64,000 nucleotides of DNA from Oceanispirochaeta sp. (lineage in GTDB: Bacteria > Spirochaetota > Spirochaetia > DSM-2461): positions 160,001 to 224,000 of the forward strand of contig CAXXOA010000001.1 in assembly GCA_963666275.2 (NCBI GenBank), read 5' to 3'. The notes below the pieces were generated by a model, which did not search any database, was not told the DNA's origin, and saw only the letters and a list, made by a program, of their open reading frames with translations. Both the position numbers and the translations under genes were made by a program. Shown one piece after another: positions 19,287 to 29,197 of this stretch (within the stretch, counting starts at the first letter, position 1; the number at the start of each line of letters is the position of its first letter).

Positions 19287-20296
19287 TTCGGAAAATGAAA
19301 ATCACAACCAATTCCAACAACTTCCGTCTCTTTATGATGCTCATTGCGGTATTTTCCCTAATGAGTCTGATGGAACCGGAGATATTCCTGCGGTCCTGGA
19401 ACCTCGTGTCCATGCTGAAGCAGTTTCCCGAATACGGTCTGATGGCCGTAGGGATCAGCCTTGCCATGATGACAGGTGGTATCGATCTGGCGGTGGTGGG
19501 AACAGCCAACCTTTCGGCCATTGTGACCGCCCGGTTTCTGATAGCCATGGTGCCCAAAGGCTCGCCGGACGGTTATGTCCTTCTAATGGTTTTACTGGGC
19601 ATTCTGATTGCCCTGCTTGTGGGAGCCTGTGCGGGAATCTTCAACGGAATACTGATTTCCCGATTTAATATTCCCCCCATCCTGGCGACCCTGGGAACCC
19701 AGCAGCTCTTTACGGGATTTGCCATTGTGATTACAAAGGGGAGGCCCATCAGCGGTCTGCCTATCCTGTTTTCAAAGATCGGGAATAAAACCCTCCTGGG
19801 ATTTCTTCCCGTACCGTTTCTGGTGTATACAGCGGCGGCCATTGCGATAGGGATCCTGCTCTCCCGGACAAGATTCGGAAAGCAGATTTACCTGATCGGT
19901 ACCAATCCCACAGCGTCCCTTTTCGCGGGAATGAACAATACCCTGATCATCATTAAAACCTATATGATTTCGGGGATCCTCTCTTCGGTGGCCGGACTCA
20001 TTATGATGGCCCGTGTTAACTCGGCCAAAGCGGACTACGGATCATCCTATACTCTGCAGTGTGTGCTTATCGCCGTTCTGGGAGGGGTTCATCCGGAAGG
20101 GGGCTTCGGAAAAATTACCGGAGTCACCATGGCGATCCTGATCCTTCAGATACTCTCTTCAGGGCTGAATATGTTTGAAAATGTCAGCAATTTCTACAGG
20201 GATGTTATCTGGGGCGGTGTACTGATTCTTGTTCTTATCATGAATTATGTCATCTCCCGGAGGAATACAAGAAAAGCCCTGCAGGCAGGCAGATAA
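19283..20296 (+). CDS. Sugar ABC transporter permease (RbsC family)
   Basis: TGGIDLAV, FGKQIYLIGTN, IAVLGG. Confidence 0.92.
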   Translation: MIRKMKITTNSNNFRLFMMLIAVFSLMSLMEPEIFLRSWNLVSMLKQFPEYGLMAVGISLAMMTGGIDLAVVGTANLSAIVTARFLIAMVPKGSPDGYVLLMVLLGILIALLVGACAGIFNGILISRFNIPPILATLGTQQLFTGFAIVITKGRPISGLPILFSKIGNKTLLGFLPVPFLVYTAAAIAIGILLSRTRFGKQIYLIGTNPTASLFAGMNNTLIIIKTYMISGILSSVAGLIMMARVNSAKADYGSSYTLQCVLIAVLGGVHPEGGFGKITGVTMAILILQILSSGLNMFENVSNFYRDVIWGGVLILVLIMNYVISRRNTRKALQAGR

Positions 20297-20309
20297 AAAA
20301 GGAGTTTCT

Positions 20310-20624
20310 ATGCAGAGAGTAGGTTTTAAGATGCGCCTCCATCCCGGTATGGCAGAGGAGTATAAAAAAAGGCATGACCAAATCTGGCCGGACCTGAAGG
20401 AAGAGCTGCGCCGGGCCGGTCTGAGAGAGTTCAGTATATTCCTGGATGATGACGGGATCACCCTGTTCGCCTTTCATCTTCTTACACCCGACCGGACCGA
20501 TGAAGGGCAGCCGGGGGGGGAGGTACAGCGGAAGTGGTGGGCGTATATGGAGCCCCTGATGGAGTGCAACGAGGATTCTTCACCCAGAATCTGGCCGCTG
20601 AAAGAAGTTTTTTATATGGAATAA
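20310..20624 (+). CDS. rhaM: L-rhamnose mutarotase
   Basis: EEYKKRHDQIWPDL, QRKWWAYM, LKEVFYME; AAGGAG RBS before ATG 20310. Confidence 0.88.
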   Translation: MQRVGFKMRLHPGMAEEYKKRHDQIWPDLKEELRRAGLREFSIFLDDDGITLFAFHLLTPDRTDEGQPGGEVQRKWWAYMEPLMECNEDSSPRIWPLKEVFYME

Positions 20625-20639
20625 CAGAAGGAGGAATCA

Positions 20640-21614
20640 ATGATAAAATATGCAGTCATTCTGGGGAATCTGGGAAATACCTGTGACCGTTTTCTTTCCA
20701 GCGGCTATAAGGATGTGGAGTCGAAAGAGAGCCTTATCAGGCAGGCTTCGGAAATTGACGGAGTGAAAGGGATTGAACTTGTGGGAACATGGGATGTCTC
20801 TCCGGACAATGTCAATGAGATGAAGCAGATGCTGGACCACTACAGACTGGAGTGTGTTTCTATCATTCCGGATCATTTCAGCCAGAAGCAGTGGGGACGG
20901 GGGACCCTTTCGGCCAAAGATGAAGCAACCCGGAAGGCTGCTATGGATTACACCCGTGAGTGTGTGGATATGGCCCGCAAGCTGAATTGCGGTGTCCTCA
21001 ATATCTGGCCGGGCCAGGACGGTTTTGATTACTCCCTTCAGAGCGATCTGGTTCAGGAGCGCCGTTGGCTTAAAGAGAATCTTTATACCCTGGCGGAAGA
21101 AGCTCCGGATATACGGTTTTCTCTGGAATATAAACCCAAGGAACCGCGGAATTTCTGTTTCATGGCCAGGGCTTCGGATACCCTTCTGATGGCCAAGGAA
21201 ATAGGCCTGGAAAATGTGGGTGTCACCATAGATACGGGTCACTCTTTTGTGGCGGGAGAGAATGTCTCCGAAGCGGCCGTCATATTGCAGGAGTACGGAA
21301 AAAAACTATTCCATATGCATTTCAATGACAATTATAATAGTTGGGATGATGATATGATTGTGGGGAGCGTCCATTTTCCCCTCTATGTGGAACTCCTTTT
21401 CTGGCTGAAGGAAACGGGATACCAGGGCTGGTACTCTATGGATCAGTATCCCTATCGGGAAGACGGGAAGGGAGCCATTGAAGCCAGTATTAAATACCTT
21501 CAGATGATTGACAGGATCCTGACGGAAGAGAAGCGTTCGGAGATAAAGGAACTTCTGAAAGACGGGAATGCCGTGAAAGCCCAGAACTGGCTGAGGCAGA
21601 CCTTTTTCAAATAA
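20640..21614 (+). CDS. Xylose-isomerase-like sugar isomerase (apiose isomerase ApsI / RhaI-like)
   Basis: WPGQDGFDY, LEYKPKEPR, DTGH, NDNYNSWDDDMIVGSVH, DQYPYRE. Confidence 0.8.
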   Translation: MIKYAVILGNLGNTCDRFLSSGYKDVESKESLIRQASEIDGVKGIELVGTWDVSPDNVNEMKQMLDHYRLECVSIIPDHFSQKQWGRGTLSAKDEATRKAAMDYTRECVDMARKLNCGVLNIWPGQDGFDYSLQSDLVQERRWLKENLYTLAEEAPDIRFSLEYKPKEPRNFCFMARASDTLLMAKEIGLENVGVTIDTGHSFVAGENVSEAAVILQEYGKKLFHMHFNDNYNSWDDDMIVGSVHFPLYVELLFWLKETGYQGWYSMDQYPYREDGKGAIEASIKYLQMIDRILTEEKRSEIKELLKDGNAVKAQNWLRQTFFK

Positions 21615-21643
21615 GATCCCATTCAACAGAACAGAATAAAAAC

Positions 21644-21670
21644 GGTCTCCCCCGGCAAAAAGGGGAGACC
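21644..21670. terminator. Hairpin between convergent genes
   Basis: GGTCTCCCC...GGGGAGACC. Confidence 0.6.
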
Positions 21671-22123
21671 CTAAACGAGATGATCCCCGATGAATTTTCT
21701 GTCTTCTTCTGAAAAGTCAGAAACAAAGCCCCTGGCCCCCAGCCAGTAGAAAGCTTCTTTATCGGTCAGGAAGAACCGGGGCATGATGTGGGGTGTTTCG
21801 GCAAAGACCCGCTCCCACTGATTTTTTACCATTCCCTTGCCACCTGAAATGTGTTCCACAGACCAGGCTGTGCAGCGGCAGTTCTGTTTTTCCGCCCACA
21901 GGGTAAAATCCAGGACCAGATGTTCCGCCTCCGGGCTCATGATCGCTGTATTCAGGGCGACAAAGAGAAGTCCCCAGGGTTCTGTTCCCGATTTCAGGAC
22001 AAGGGTTTCCATGTCCGATAGGAATCGCAGAAAGCTCTCCATATTATTGGGGCCGGCCAGAATGGCAACCACAACCCTGTTGGTAATTGAGAGGTGGTAC
22101 TCACCATGGGCCAGGAATATCAT
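21671..22123 (-). CDS. Hypothetical protein (possibly STAS/SEC14-like)
   Basis: 150-aa ORF 20 nt downstream of the RmlD-like gene; FFLTDKEAFYWL C-terminal pattern. Confidence 0.6.
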   Translation of the reverse strand: MIFLAHGEYHLSITNRVVVAILAGPNNMESFLRFLSDMETLVLKSGTEPWGLLFVALNTAIMSPEAEHLVLDFTLWAEKQNCRCTAWSVEHISGGKGMVKNQWERVFAETPHIMPRFFLTDKEAFYWLGARGFVSDFSEEDRKFIGDHLV

Positions 22124-22143
22124 ATCTTATATTCTAACGGAGA

Positions 22144-23013
22144 TTAGCCCATTTTCAAATTATATTCCCTGACGCAGCGGCTTATGCCCTCCATGGTTTC
22201 GGAGAACTTTATGTCTCCGGACTGGATCAGAGAGGTATCCAGCCTGGCATCCCGGGGATGATCTGAGTATTTTTCCCTGTCCGGTATAATCAGTTCCCCG
22301 ATCCGGTTTCCCAGTCCCATCTCTCTGAGGATATGACAGACTACGTCGTATCTGTTATTGTCATTTTTTGCTCCCGTATGATAGAGGCCGGGAGCCAGGT
22401 CCAGGATCCTGTCAAACTGATCTATGAGCTCATTCACATAGGTCAGTCCCCTGTATTCGTTGACAGGAACTTTGAAGGGTTCCCCTTTCATCACGGACTT
22501 CACTGTATCCCAGAAAATATTGTTCACTACCGGCCGGTTCCTGTCGGGAACTCCGAACATCCAGGTAAACCGGAGAATGATCAGGTTTTCAAGAACTTCC
22601 CGGATCTTTCCTTCGGCTTCGTATTTGTTTTTACCGTACATTGTGTCGGGATCGGGGATATCCGTCTCCTTATAGGGGCCGCTTTCCCTGTTGCCGTTAA
22701 ATACCTGCTCTGTGCTGAGAAAGATCATCCGGGAACCGTACTCTCTGCAGGCCCTGGCAATATTGACGGCTCCGTCCACATTGATGGCATGGCATTTTTC
22801 CGGGTTCTTATTACAGAAATCCGTCAGGGCGATGGCCGCAGCATGGATCACGTAGTCGGGTTTGAAAAGCTTGAAGGCGTTCATGACTTTGTCTTCTTCC
22901 AGGATATCCAGTTCCTGTACATCCGTGGACAGTATGGAGAATTTCCCCTGATAGGTTTCCCGGAGCCGGGTACCTATAAAACCATTGCCGCCTGTAAGCA
23001 GAACTCTTTTCAT
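22144..23013 (-). CDS. RmlD-like extended SDR (NAD(P)-dependent keto-sugar reductase)
   Basis: LTGGNGFIG, HAAA, FLSTEQVFNG, YGKNK (YxxxK). Confidence 0.85.
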   Translation of the reverse strand: MKRVLLTGGNGFIGTRLRETYQGKFSILSTDVQELDILEEDKVMNAFKLFKPDYVIHAAAIALTDFCNKNPEKCHAINVDGAVNIARACREYGSRMIFLSTEQVFNGNRESGPYKETDIPDPDTMYGKNKYEAEGKIREVLENLIILRFTWMFGVPDRNRPVVNNIFWDTVKSVMKGEPFKVPVNEYRGLTYVNELIDQFDRILDLAPGLYHTGAKNDNNRYDVVCHILREMGLGNRIGELIIPDREKYSDHPRDARLDTSLIQSGDIKFSETMEGISRCVREYNLKMG

Positions 23014-23092
23014 GTTTCACTCCTATTGGCTATTAAAATTTTTCATATTTTCGATTATTATACATTATCTGAAGATATAGCGATAGATGTAA

Positions 23093-23125
23093 TTTCATAT
23101 GATAATATATAATTATCATATGAAG
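23093..23125. promoter_or_regulatory. Paired palindromic operator (site 4 of 5) between RmlD-like and pflD-like genes
   Basis: TTTCATATGATA (23093-23104) and TATCATATGAAG (23114-23125), 21-bp spacing. Confidence 0.7.
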
Positions 23126-23154
23126 AATATACCCTTTTAAAGGAGCCGGCCGTT

Positions 23155-25524
23155 ATGGAACAGTTAGATCATCTCATGTCTCTCTCTCTGGATGAGGAGA
23201 TCCTGAACTATAAGAAAAAAATTATGGAGGAGGAGCGGATTGTTTCGGTCGATCAGGCCCTCAGTATAACCCGTTCCTACAGGGAAAATCCCCATGATTC
23301 TGTGGTCCTGCAAAGGGCGAAGGCCTTTGCTCTGTCTCTGAAAGAACTGCCTATCCGGATAGATCCGGAAGAAAAGCTGGTTGGAAACAGAACACCCGGG
23401 ATCCGAAGCGGCGTGATCTTTCCGGAAGCCGGACTGTCCTGGCTTGAGAAGGAGTTTGATATTCTGGATACAAGGGACCAGGACAAATTCCAGAAATCCG
23501 AGAAAGAACGTAAAGCCCTATTTGAAGAGCTGATTCCCTTCTGGCAGGGCAGAACTCTGGAGGACTATATCGGCCGGGAGCAGGGCGGTCCCATTAAAGA
23601 GATTGGCCGGGTTGTTAAAATCAATCAGAAGGACCATGCCCAGGGGCATATTGCTCCGGACTGTGTGAGCTGGCTTCATAACGGACCAGCTGAACTGGCG
23701 GCCAAAGCCCGGAAGCTTAAACTGGCGGCTCCCCGGGATAAACAGGACTTCTATGAAGCCCTGGAGACAGCCCTGGACGGGGCATCTTCTTTTATCCTGC
23801 GCTATGGAGACCTGGCGGAAGAGCTGAGTTCCCGGGAGGAGTATAGAAAGGCATCTGATGAGATGAGGGAGATCAGCAGAATCTGCCGGAAGCTGGCCGT
23901 GGAACCAGCCGGAACTTTTCATGAGGCCCTTCAGTCCCTCTGGTTTCTGTTTGTTCTGCTTCAGGCCGAATCCAATGCGTCCTCCTTCTCTCCGGGAAGG
24001 CTGGATCAGTACCTCTACCCCTATCTGGAAAAAGACCTTGCTTCGGGTGTTCTGACACTTGAGGCTGCGCAGATCCTTCTGGAGCACCTCTGGCTGAGCT
24101 TTAATAAAATTGTCTATCTCCGGAACTCCGAAGGGGCCCGGTATTTTGCAGGATTCCCCATAGGATTCAATGTGGCCGTAGGCGGGCAGGACAGGGAGGG
24201 GCGGGATGCGTCGAACCTCCTGTCCTGGATGTGTCTGAAAGCCCAGGAGCATATCGGGCTGCCCCAGCCCAATCTCTCTGTCCGGCTCCACAGGAACAGC
24301 CCCGATGATTTTGTGGACTACTGCTCCTTTGTGATAGGCAAAGGCAGCGGTATGCCCCAGATCTTCAATGACGAAAGTATCATTCCCTCCCTTGAAAACG
24401 TGGGGATCAGTCACGATGACGCCATGAATTACGCGGTGGTAGGCTGTGTTGAACTGACAACTCCCGGGAACAATCTGGGCTGGAGCGATGCGGCCATGTT
24501 CAATCTTGTAAAGGCGCTGGAGATGACCCTGAACAACGGCGTCTGCCTTCAGACGGGAGAACAGATCGGTCCGGGCTTCGGGTCTCTGGAAGAGTATAAA
24601 ACCTTTGAGGACCTGGAAGAGGCCTTCCGGAAACAGATGGACTACTACATTGATAGAATGATCGGTATCTGTGATTTTGTTGACCGGGCCCATGCGCAGA
24701 TCCTTCCCTCTCCCTTTCTCTCTTCGGTGATCGATAACTGCATGGAAAAGGGACTGGACGTTACCGCCGGAGGAGCCCTGTATAACCTGTCGGGGATCCA
24801 GCTGATTCAGGTGGCCAATGTGGCAGACTCTCTGGCTGTAATAAAAAAGCTTATCTTTGAGGATAAGTCTCTTACTCCCCGGGAGCTCATGGAGGCACTG
24901 AAATCCGACTGGGAGGGAAAGGAAAAACTCAGACAGAGGGTCCTCCATCACGTTCCCAAATACGGTAATGATGTGGAGTGGGTCGATCAGCTGGGAAACA
25001 AGTGGGTTACCTACTTTGCGGCTAGACTGAAAGAGTTCCGCAATGCCCGGGGCGGCCCCTATCACACGGGTCTGTATACGGTTTCAGCCCATGTGCCCAT
25101 GGGGAAGAATGTGGGAGCCTCTCCGGATGGCCGGTATTCCGGATCCCCCCTGGCTGACGGGGGAATCTCCGCCATGTACGGAAGGGACGAAAAAGGTCCC
25201 ACAGCCCTGTTGAAATCTGTCAGCCGGGTCAGTTCTCTTCCTGCCAGCAACGGCACCCTGCTGAACATGAAATTCCTTCCGGACTTCTTCCGTTCTGCCG
25301 AAGACAGAAAGAAATTTTCGGCCTTGCTGAAGAGTTTTGTCCGGTTGAAAATCCATCATGTCCAGTTCAATGTGGTCCGGAAAGAGGATCTCCTGGCAGC
25401 CCAGGAGAATCCGGAAGACTACAGGGGACTTACAATAAGGGTGGCCGGTTATACCGCCTATTTTACAGAACTGGCCAGGGACCTGCAGGATGAAATCATC
25501 GCCCGGACCGGTTACGGAGCCTGA
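23155..25524 (+). CDS. pflD: Glycyl radical enzyme, PflD-like (putative 1,5-anhydromannitol-6-phosphate isomerase)
   Basis: RVAGY glycyl loop; single-Cys VVGCVE loop; INQKDHAQGH, ESNASS, ARYFAGFP and YTVSAHVP match recalled E. coli PflD. Confidence 0.85.
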   Translation: MEQLDHLMSLSLDEEILNYKKKIMEEERIVSVDQALSITRSYRENPHDSVVLQRAKAFALSLKELPIRIDPEEKLVGNRTPGIRSGVIFPEAGLSWLEKEFDILDTRDQDKFQKSEKERKALFEELIPFWQGRTLEDYIGREQGGPIKEIGRVVKINQKDHAQGHIAPDCVSWLHNGPAELAAKARKLKLAAPRDKQDFYEALETALDGASSFILRYGDLAEELSSREEYRKASDEMREISRICRKLAVEPAGTFHEALQSLWFLFVLLQAESNASSFSPGRLDQYLYPYLEKDLASGVLTLEAAQILLEHLWLSFNKIVYLRNSEGARYFAGFPIGFNVAVGGQDREGRDASNLLSWMCLKAQEHIGLPQPNLSVRLHRNSPDDFVDYCSFVIGKGSGMPQIFNDESIIPSLENVGISHDDAMNYAVVGCVELTTPGNNLGWSDAAMFNLVKALEMTLNNGVCLQTGEQIGPGFGSLEEYKTFEDLEEAFRKQMDYYIDRMIGICDFVDRAHAQILPSPFLSSVIDNCMEKGLDVTAGGALYNLSGIQLIQVANVADSLAVIKKLIFEDKSLTPRELMEALKSDWEGKEKLRQRVLHHVPKYGNDVEWVDQLGNKWVTYFAARLKEFRNARGGPYHTGLYTVSAHVPMGKNVGASPDGRYSGSPLADGGISAMYGRDEKGPTALLKSVSRVSSLPASNGTLLNMKFLPDFFRSAEDRKKFSALLKSFVRLKIHHVQFNVVRKEDLLAAQENPEDYRGLTIRVAGYTAYFTELARDLQDEIIARTGYGA

Positions 25525-25535
25525 AAGGACTGAGT

Positions 25536-26435
25536 ATGAATGCTGTAATTTTTGATATCAAACGCTTTGCTGTCCATGACGGTCCGGGAATCCGGAGCTC
25601 GGTTTTTTTAAAGGGCTGCCCCCTGAACTGCAAGTGGTGTCATAATCCCGAAGGAATTTCCGGAGCCATTCAGCTCTGGTATTTCAAAGGGCGCTGCCTT
25701 AAATGCGGTGACTGTGTAAAGGTCTGCCCGGAAGGGGCTTTGAGTCTGGATAAGAAAACAGGCATCTCCATTGACAGGAATCTCTGCACCGACTGCGGAG
25801 CCTGCACCAAAGCCTGCCCCACAGGTGCCCTGACGTTTATAGGGTCTGAAGTTTCCATAGATACAGTCGTGGAGGAACTCCTGCTGGACAGGGTTTTCTA
25901 TGAGGAGTCGGGTGGGGGAATTACCCTGACAGGAGGAGAGCCTCTGGCTCAGGGGAAAGCCGCTCTTGAGATCCTCAGGCGAATGAAAAAAGAGGGGATC
26001 GCCACGGCTGTTGAAACCAGCCTGCAGATTCCCCCAGAGACCCTGAAAGCAGCGACGGAGGTCACGGACTTTTTTATGTGTGATCTGAAAATCATGGATC
26101 CGGAAAGGCATAAAAAAGCTATAGGCCGGAATAATATCAGGATCCTTGAAAATCTGAAATGGCTTGCTGCTTCAGAGGCTCAGATCCTGGTGAGAGTACC
26201 TCTTATTCCGGGATTTACAGACAGCCGGGAGAATCTGAACGGCATCGCTGAGTTTCTGGACTCCCTTGAAAGGGCTCTTCCTGTGGAACTGATGAACTTC
26301 AATCCCCTGGCAAAGGAAAAGTTCCGGGTCCTGGGGCGGCCCTATGAACCGGCGGGAGCGGATTCTCCCTACAGCCCAGAGGATATGGATGAGTTCCGGG
26401 ATATTTTCCTATCCATGGGACTGGAAGTGAAGTAA
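25536..26435 (+). CDS. pflC: Glycyl-radical activating enzyme (radical SAM, two ferredoxin motifs)
   Basis: HDGPGIR, CPLNCKWC, CLKCGDCVKVCP, CTDCGACTKACP, GGEP. Confidence 0.9.
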   Translation: MNAVIFDIKRFAVHDGPGIRSSVFLKGCPLNCKWCHNPEGISGAIQLWYFKGRCLKCGDCVKVCPEGALSLDKKTGISIDRNLCTDCGACTKACPTGALTFIGSEVSIDTVVEELLLDRVFYEESGGGITLTGGEPLAQGKAALEILRRMKKEGIATAVETSLQIPPETLKAATEVTDFFMCDLKIMDPERHKKAIGRNNIRILENLKWLAASEAQILVRVPLIPGFTDSRENLNGIAEFLDSLERALPVELMNFNPLAKEKFRVLGRPYEPAGADSPYSPEDMDEFRDIFLSMGLEVK

Positions 26436-26448
26436 GGAGAAATAAGCA

Positions 26449-28224
26449 TCAGATGTTGGCTTCCTGAACCAGGCAGTTTCGTCCGGAGCCTTTGGCTTTA
26501 TACAGAATGGTATCGCAGATCCTGAACAGGTCTTTATTCAGGGTCTCTTTATCACAGAATGTGGTGTAGACTCCCAGGCTGATTGTCAGATAGTCCGAAA
26601 CAGCGGACGTTTTATGGGGGATCATCAGGTCCTCCACTTCCCGGCGCAGTTTTTCTGCAATGATTCCCGCTCCTTCCGGCGGTGTTTCAGACAGCAGGCA
26701 GGTAAACTCCTCTCCGCCGTAACGGGCCGCCAGATCATCGGGTCTGCGTACGATCCTTTTTATAAGCTGCCCCAGCGTCTGAAGGACTTCGTCTCCCTGT
26801 ACGTGTCCGTAGGAATCATTGTAGTTTTTAAAGAAATCCACATCCATCAGAATCAGCGAAAGAGGGTTCCCCGAACGGGAATGGCGTTTTATCTCCATCC
26901 TCAGTTTTTCATCCAGATAGCGCCGATTGGCCAGTTTTGTCAGGGGATCCTGTCTGGTTAAGGTGACAAGCTCCGTGTTGATGGACTCTATCTCTCTTGT
27001 GGAAGTTTCCACAAGCCGGTGGAGCACCCGCATGGTTCTGAACTGTCTGGATTCCTCGGGATAAGTTCTTGATACTTCCGGTGCGTCATGGGCTGTTCCC
27101 TCCAGGTGGCTCTCTGAAAGAGACAGGGCTGTCTGGGTCTGACTGAACATGTAGGTCTGGGAATTTTCATGGCTGTAGTACTCTCCATAGCAGTAGCTTC
27201 CCGCGGAATGGGAAATCTGTTTCACAGCAGAAAGATCCATGGATATATCCGCCCCGAGGACCCATTTTCTGGAGACGCAGGCATAGAGAAAAATGGCCTG
27301 TGGTTGGAGGGCTCTGATCTCGTGACGGAGTTTTTCCGCCCCCAGGCTGATTAATCCGGCATTGCAGTAGCAGAACTGAACCTTTTCGCCCTTCTCGAAA
27401 TTGTGAATATAATCAAAGGTCCCGTCGGGATGGATTTTCATGGGATGAATGGCCACATTCAGCCCTTTCCTGTCTATCATCAGGGGAAACTCCGCTCCGG
27501 CCAGGGGGAGATCCCGGGCAATTTCCTCGCCCAGGTAGTAGCTGTAAAGATCATAGGGCGTCTGGTTTTCGATGGATATGACATGGTTTCCTTCGGCTTC
27601 GGTTATTTCCAGTTTTTTCCCGATAGGAATCCAGCTGAGATTGAAGGCATGCCCCGCTCTGAGATCAGACCCGCTCAGGGAGGCTCCTACGGCTCCGTGT
27701 TCGGTAATCTGCTCCCTGGTAAAGACGAAAGTCCTCTGGCCTATGCCGTTATCCCCCGCCTGACCTCCGGCAATCAGCACATCTCCCAGGCTGTCTTTTA
27801 TACCGGCCAGGAGGGGCTCGCTGTTGATGAACTTTTCCTCTTTCAGTCCGCAGCCGAAGAGTATTACCGCCTTTATCCTGTCCTGAGAGAGTTCCTTCCC
27901 CATCAGGGTTCCTGCCGCATAAAGGTTGTCATTCTGATCCACAAGATATGTTTTCACTCTGGTTGTATCAAAAAAACAGAAGCTCAGGACAATGCTGTTC
28001 TCCGAAAATCGTCCCTCCAGGATCTCTCCTGCGGTACTCATACCCATTACAGGAGCTAGGGGAAAGATTTCATTCAGCTCCTGCTGGAGTTTTCTTATTA
28101 TTTTCTGGTTGAGAACACCGGAAAAAACCTGAATCAGAGTATTTTCAGCCTTCCAGCCGGGGTATTGCTCTCTTACTTCCCGGATATTGGCTTTTGTCCT
28201 GTATACGATATTCCGGCATACCAT
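26449..28224 (-). CDS. FIST-domain diguanylate cyclase
   Basis: GMSTAGEI, AGGQAGDNG, CVSRK, CYGEY (FIST/FIST_C); DPLTKLANRR, RPDD I-site, RYGGEEF. Confidence 0.9.
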   Translation of the reverse strand: MVCRNIVYRTKANIREVREQYPGWKAENTLIQVFSGVLNQKIIRKLQQELNEIFPLAPVMGMSTAGEILEGRFSENSIVLSFCFFDTTRVKTYLVDQNDNLYAAGTLMGKELSQDRIKAVILFGCGLKEEKFINSEPLLAGIKDSLGDVLIAGGQAGDNGIGQRTFVFTREQITEHGAVGASLSGSDLRAGHAFNLSWIPIGKKLEITEAEGNHVISIENQTPYDLYSYYLGEEIARDLPLAGAEFPLMIDRKGLNVAIHPMKIHPDGTFDYIHNFEKGEKVQFCYCNAGLISLGAEKLRHEIRALQPQAIFLYACVSRKWVLGADISMDLSAVKQISHSAGSYCYGEYYSHENSQTYMFSQTQTALSLSESHLEGTAHDAPEVSRTYPEESRQFRTMRVLHRLVETSTREIESINTELVTLTRQDPLTKLANRRYLDEKLRMEIKRHSRSGNPLSLILMDVDFFKNYNDSYGHVQGDEVLQTLGQLIKRIVRRPDDLAARYGGEEFTCLLSETPPEGAGIIAEKLRREVEDLMIPHKTSAVSDYLTISLGVYTTFCDKETLNKDLFRICDTILYKAKGSGRNCLVQEANI

Positions 28225-28378
28225 TTTCTGTTTATTACCTCACTACTAAGTGTAGAGTATGCCTGAGGGGATTGCCATGTCCGGAAAGGATAACTCAGGG
28301 GACTGAACAGCTTTTTTCCTTTTTCAGATTTCACCTCATACGTTTTTCCACTATAATCAAATTTTACAGGAGGCTGGA

Positions 28379-29191
28379 ATGCTCGATTTTATGAAACAGT
28401 TCGGACCTGTTACACAGGCTCTTATTGCAACTCTCTTTACCTGGGGTGTGACTGCTCTGGGTGCCGCCATGGTCTTTTTCTTTAAGACAATAAAAAAATC
28501 TGTTCTGGACACTATGCTGGGATTTGCTGCCGGTGTGATGATCGCAGCCAGTTTCTGGTCACTCCTGGCTCCCTCAATCGACCTTGCCGAAAGTATGGGG
28601 ATTATCCCCTGGGTCCCTGCCGTGGTGGGATTCCTTCTGGGCGGGGTCTTTCTGAGGCTGGTAGACCGGGTGCTTCCCCATCTTCATCTGGGAGAACCCA
28701 TTGAGAATGCAGAAGGCGTACACACCACCTGGAGAAAGAGCCTCCTTCTGGTTCTGGCGATTACACTGCATAATATTCCCGAAGGTCTGGCCGTGGGAGT
28801 GGCATTCGGTGCCGTCGCGGCGGGTATTCCCTCGGCGTCCCTGGCGGGGGCTGTTGCCCTGGCTCTGGGTATCGGTATTCAGAATTTCCCCGAAGGCGCA
28901 GCCGTATCGGTTCCTCTCAGAAGGGAGGGGCTTTCCCGGACCAAATCCTTTGTGTACGGTCAGTTTTCCGGTATGGTCGAGCCTATTGCGGGTGTTCTGG
29001 GAGCCGCCATGGTACTTGTCATGAGACCGATCCTTCCCTATGCCCTCTCTTTTGCCGCGGGGGCCATGATCTTTGTCGTGGTGGAAGAGGCTATCCCCGA
29101 ATCACAGAACTCGGGAAATACCCATGTGGCGACCCTGGGTGCCATGCTGGGGTTTGCCGTTATGATGACACTGGATGTGGCCCTGGGGTAA
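28379..29191 (+). CDS. zupT: ZIP-family metal transporter (ZupT/GufA)
   Basis: [21 protein letters not shown], multiple TM helices. Confidence 0.9.
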   Translation: MLDFMKQFGPVTQALIATLFTWGVTALGAAMVFFFKTIKKSVLDTMLGFAAGVMIAASFWSLLAPSIDLAESMGIIPWVPAVVGFLLGGVFLRLVDRVLPHLHLGEPIENAEGVHTTWRKSLLLVLAITLHNIPEGLAVGVAFGAVAAGIPSASLAGAVALALGIGIQNFPEGAAVSVPLRREGLSRTKSFVYGQFSGMVEPIAGVLGAAMVLVMRPILPYALSFAAGAMIFVVVEEAIPESQNSGNTHVATLGAMLGFAVMMTLDVALG

Positions 29192-29197
29192 GTGCTC

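Noticed and set aside
20310..23013. RmlD-like gene as part of a rhamnose locus with rhaM
   Set aside because: Opposite strand, separated by a terminator hairpin, and linked by operator to pflD instead
23518..25065. Long antisense ORFs (this 515-aa ORF, also 7593..8609, 11559..12560, 32998..33885 and others)
   Set aside because: They are shadows of well-supported genes on the opposite strand, with no motifs or RBS
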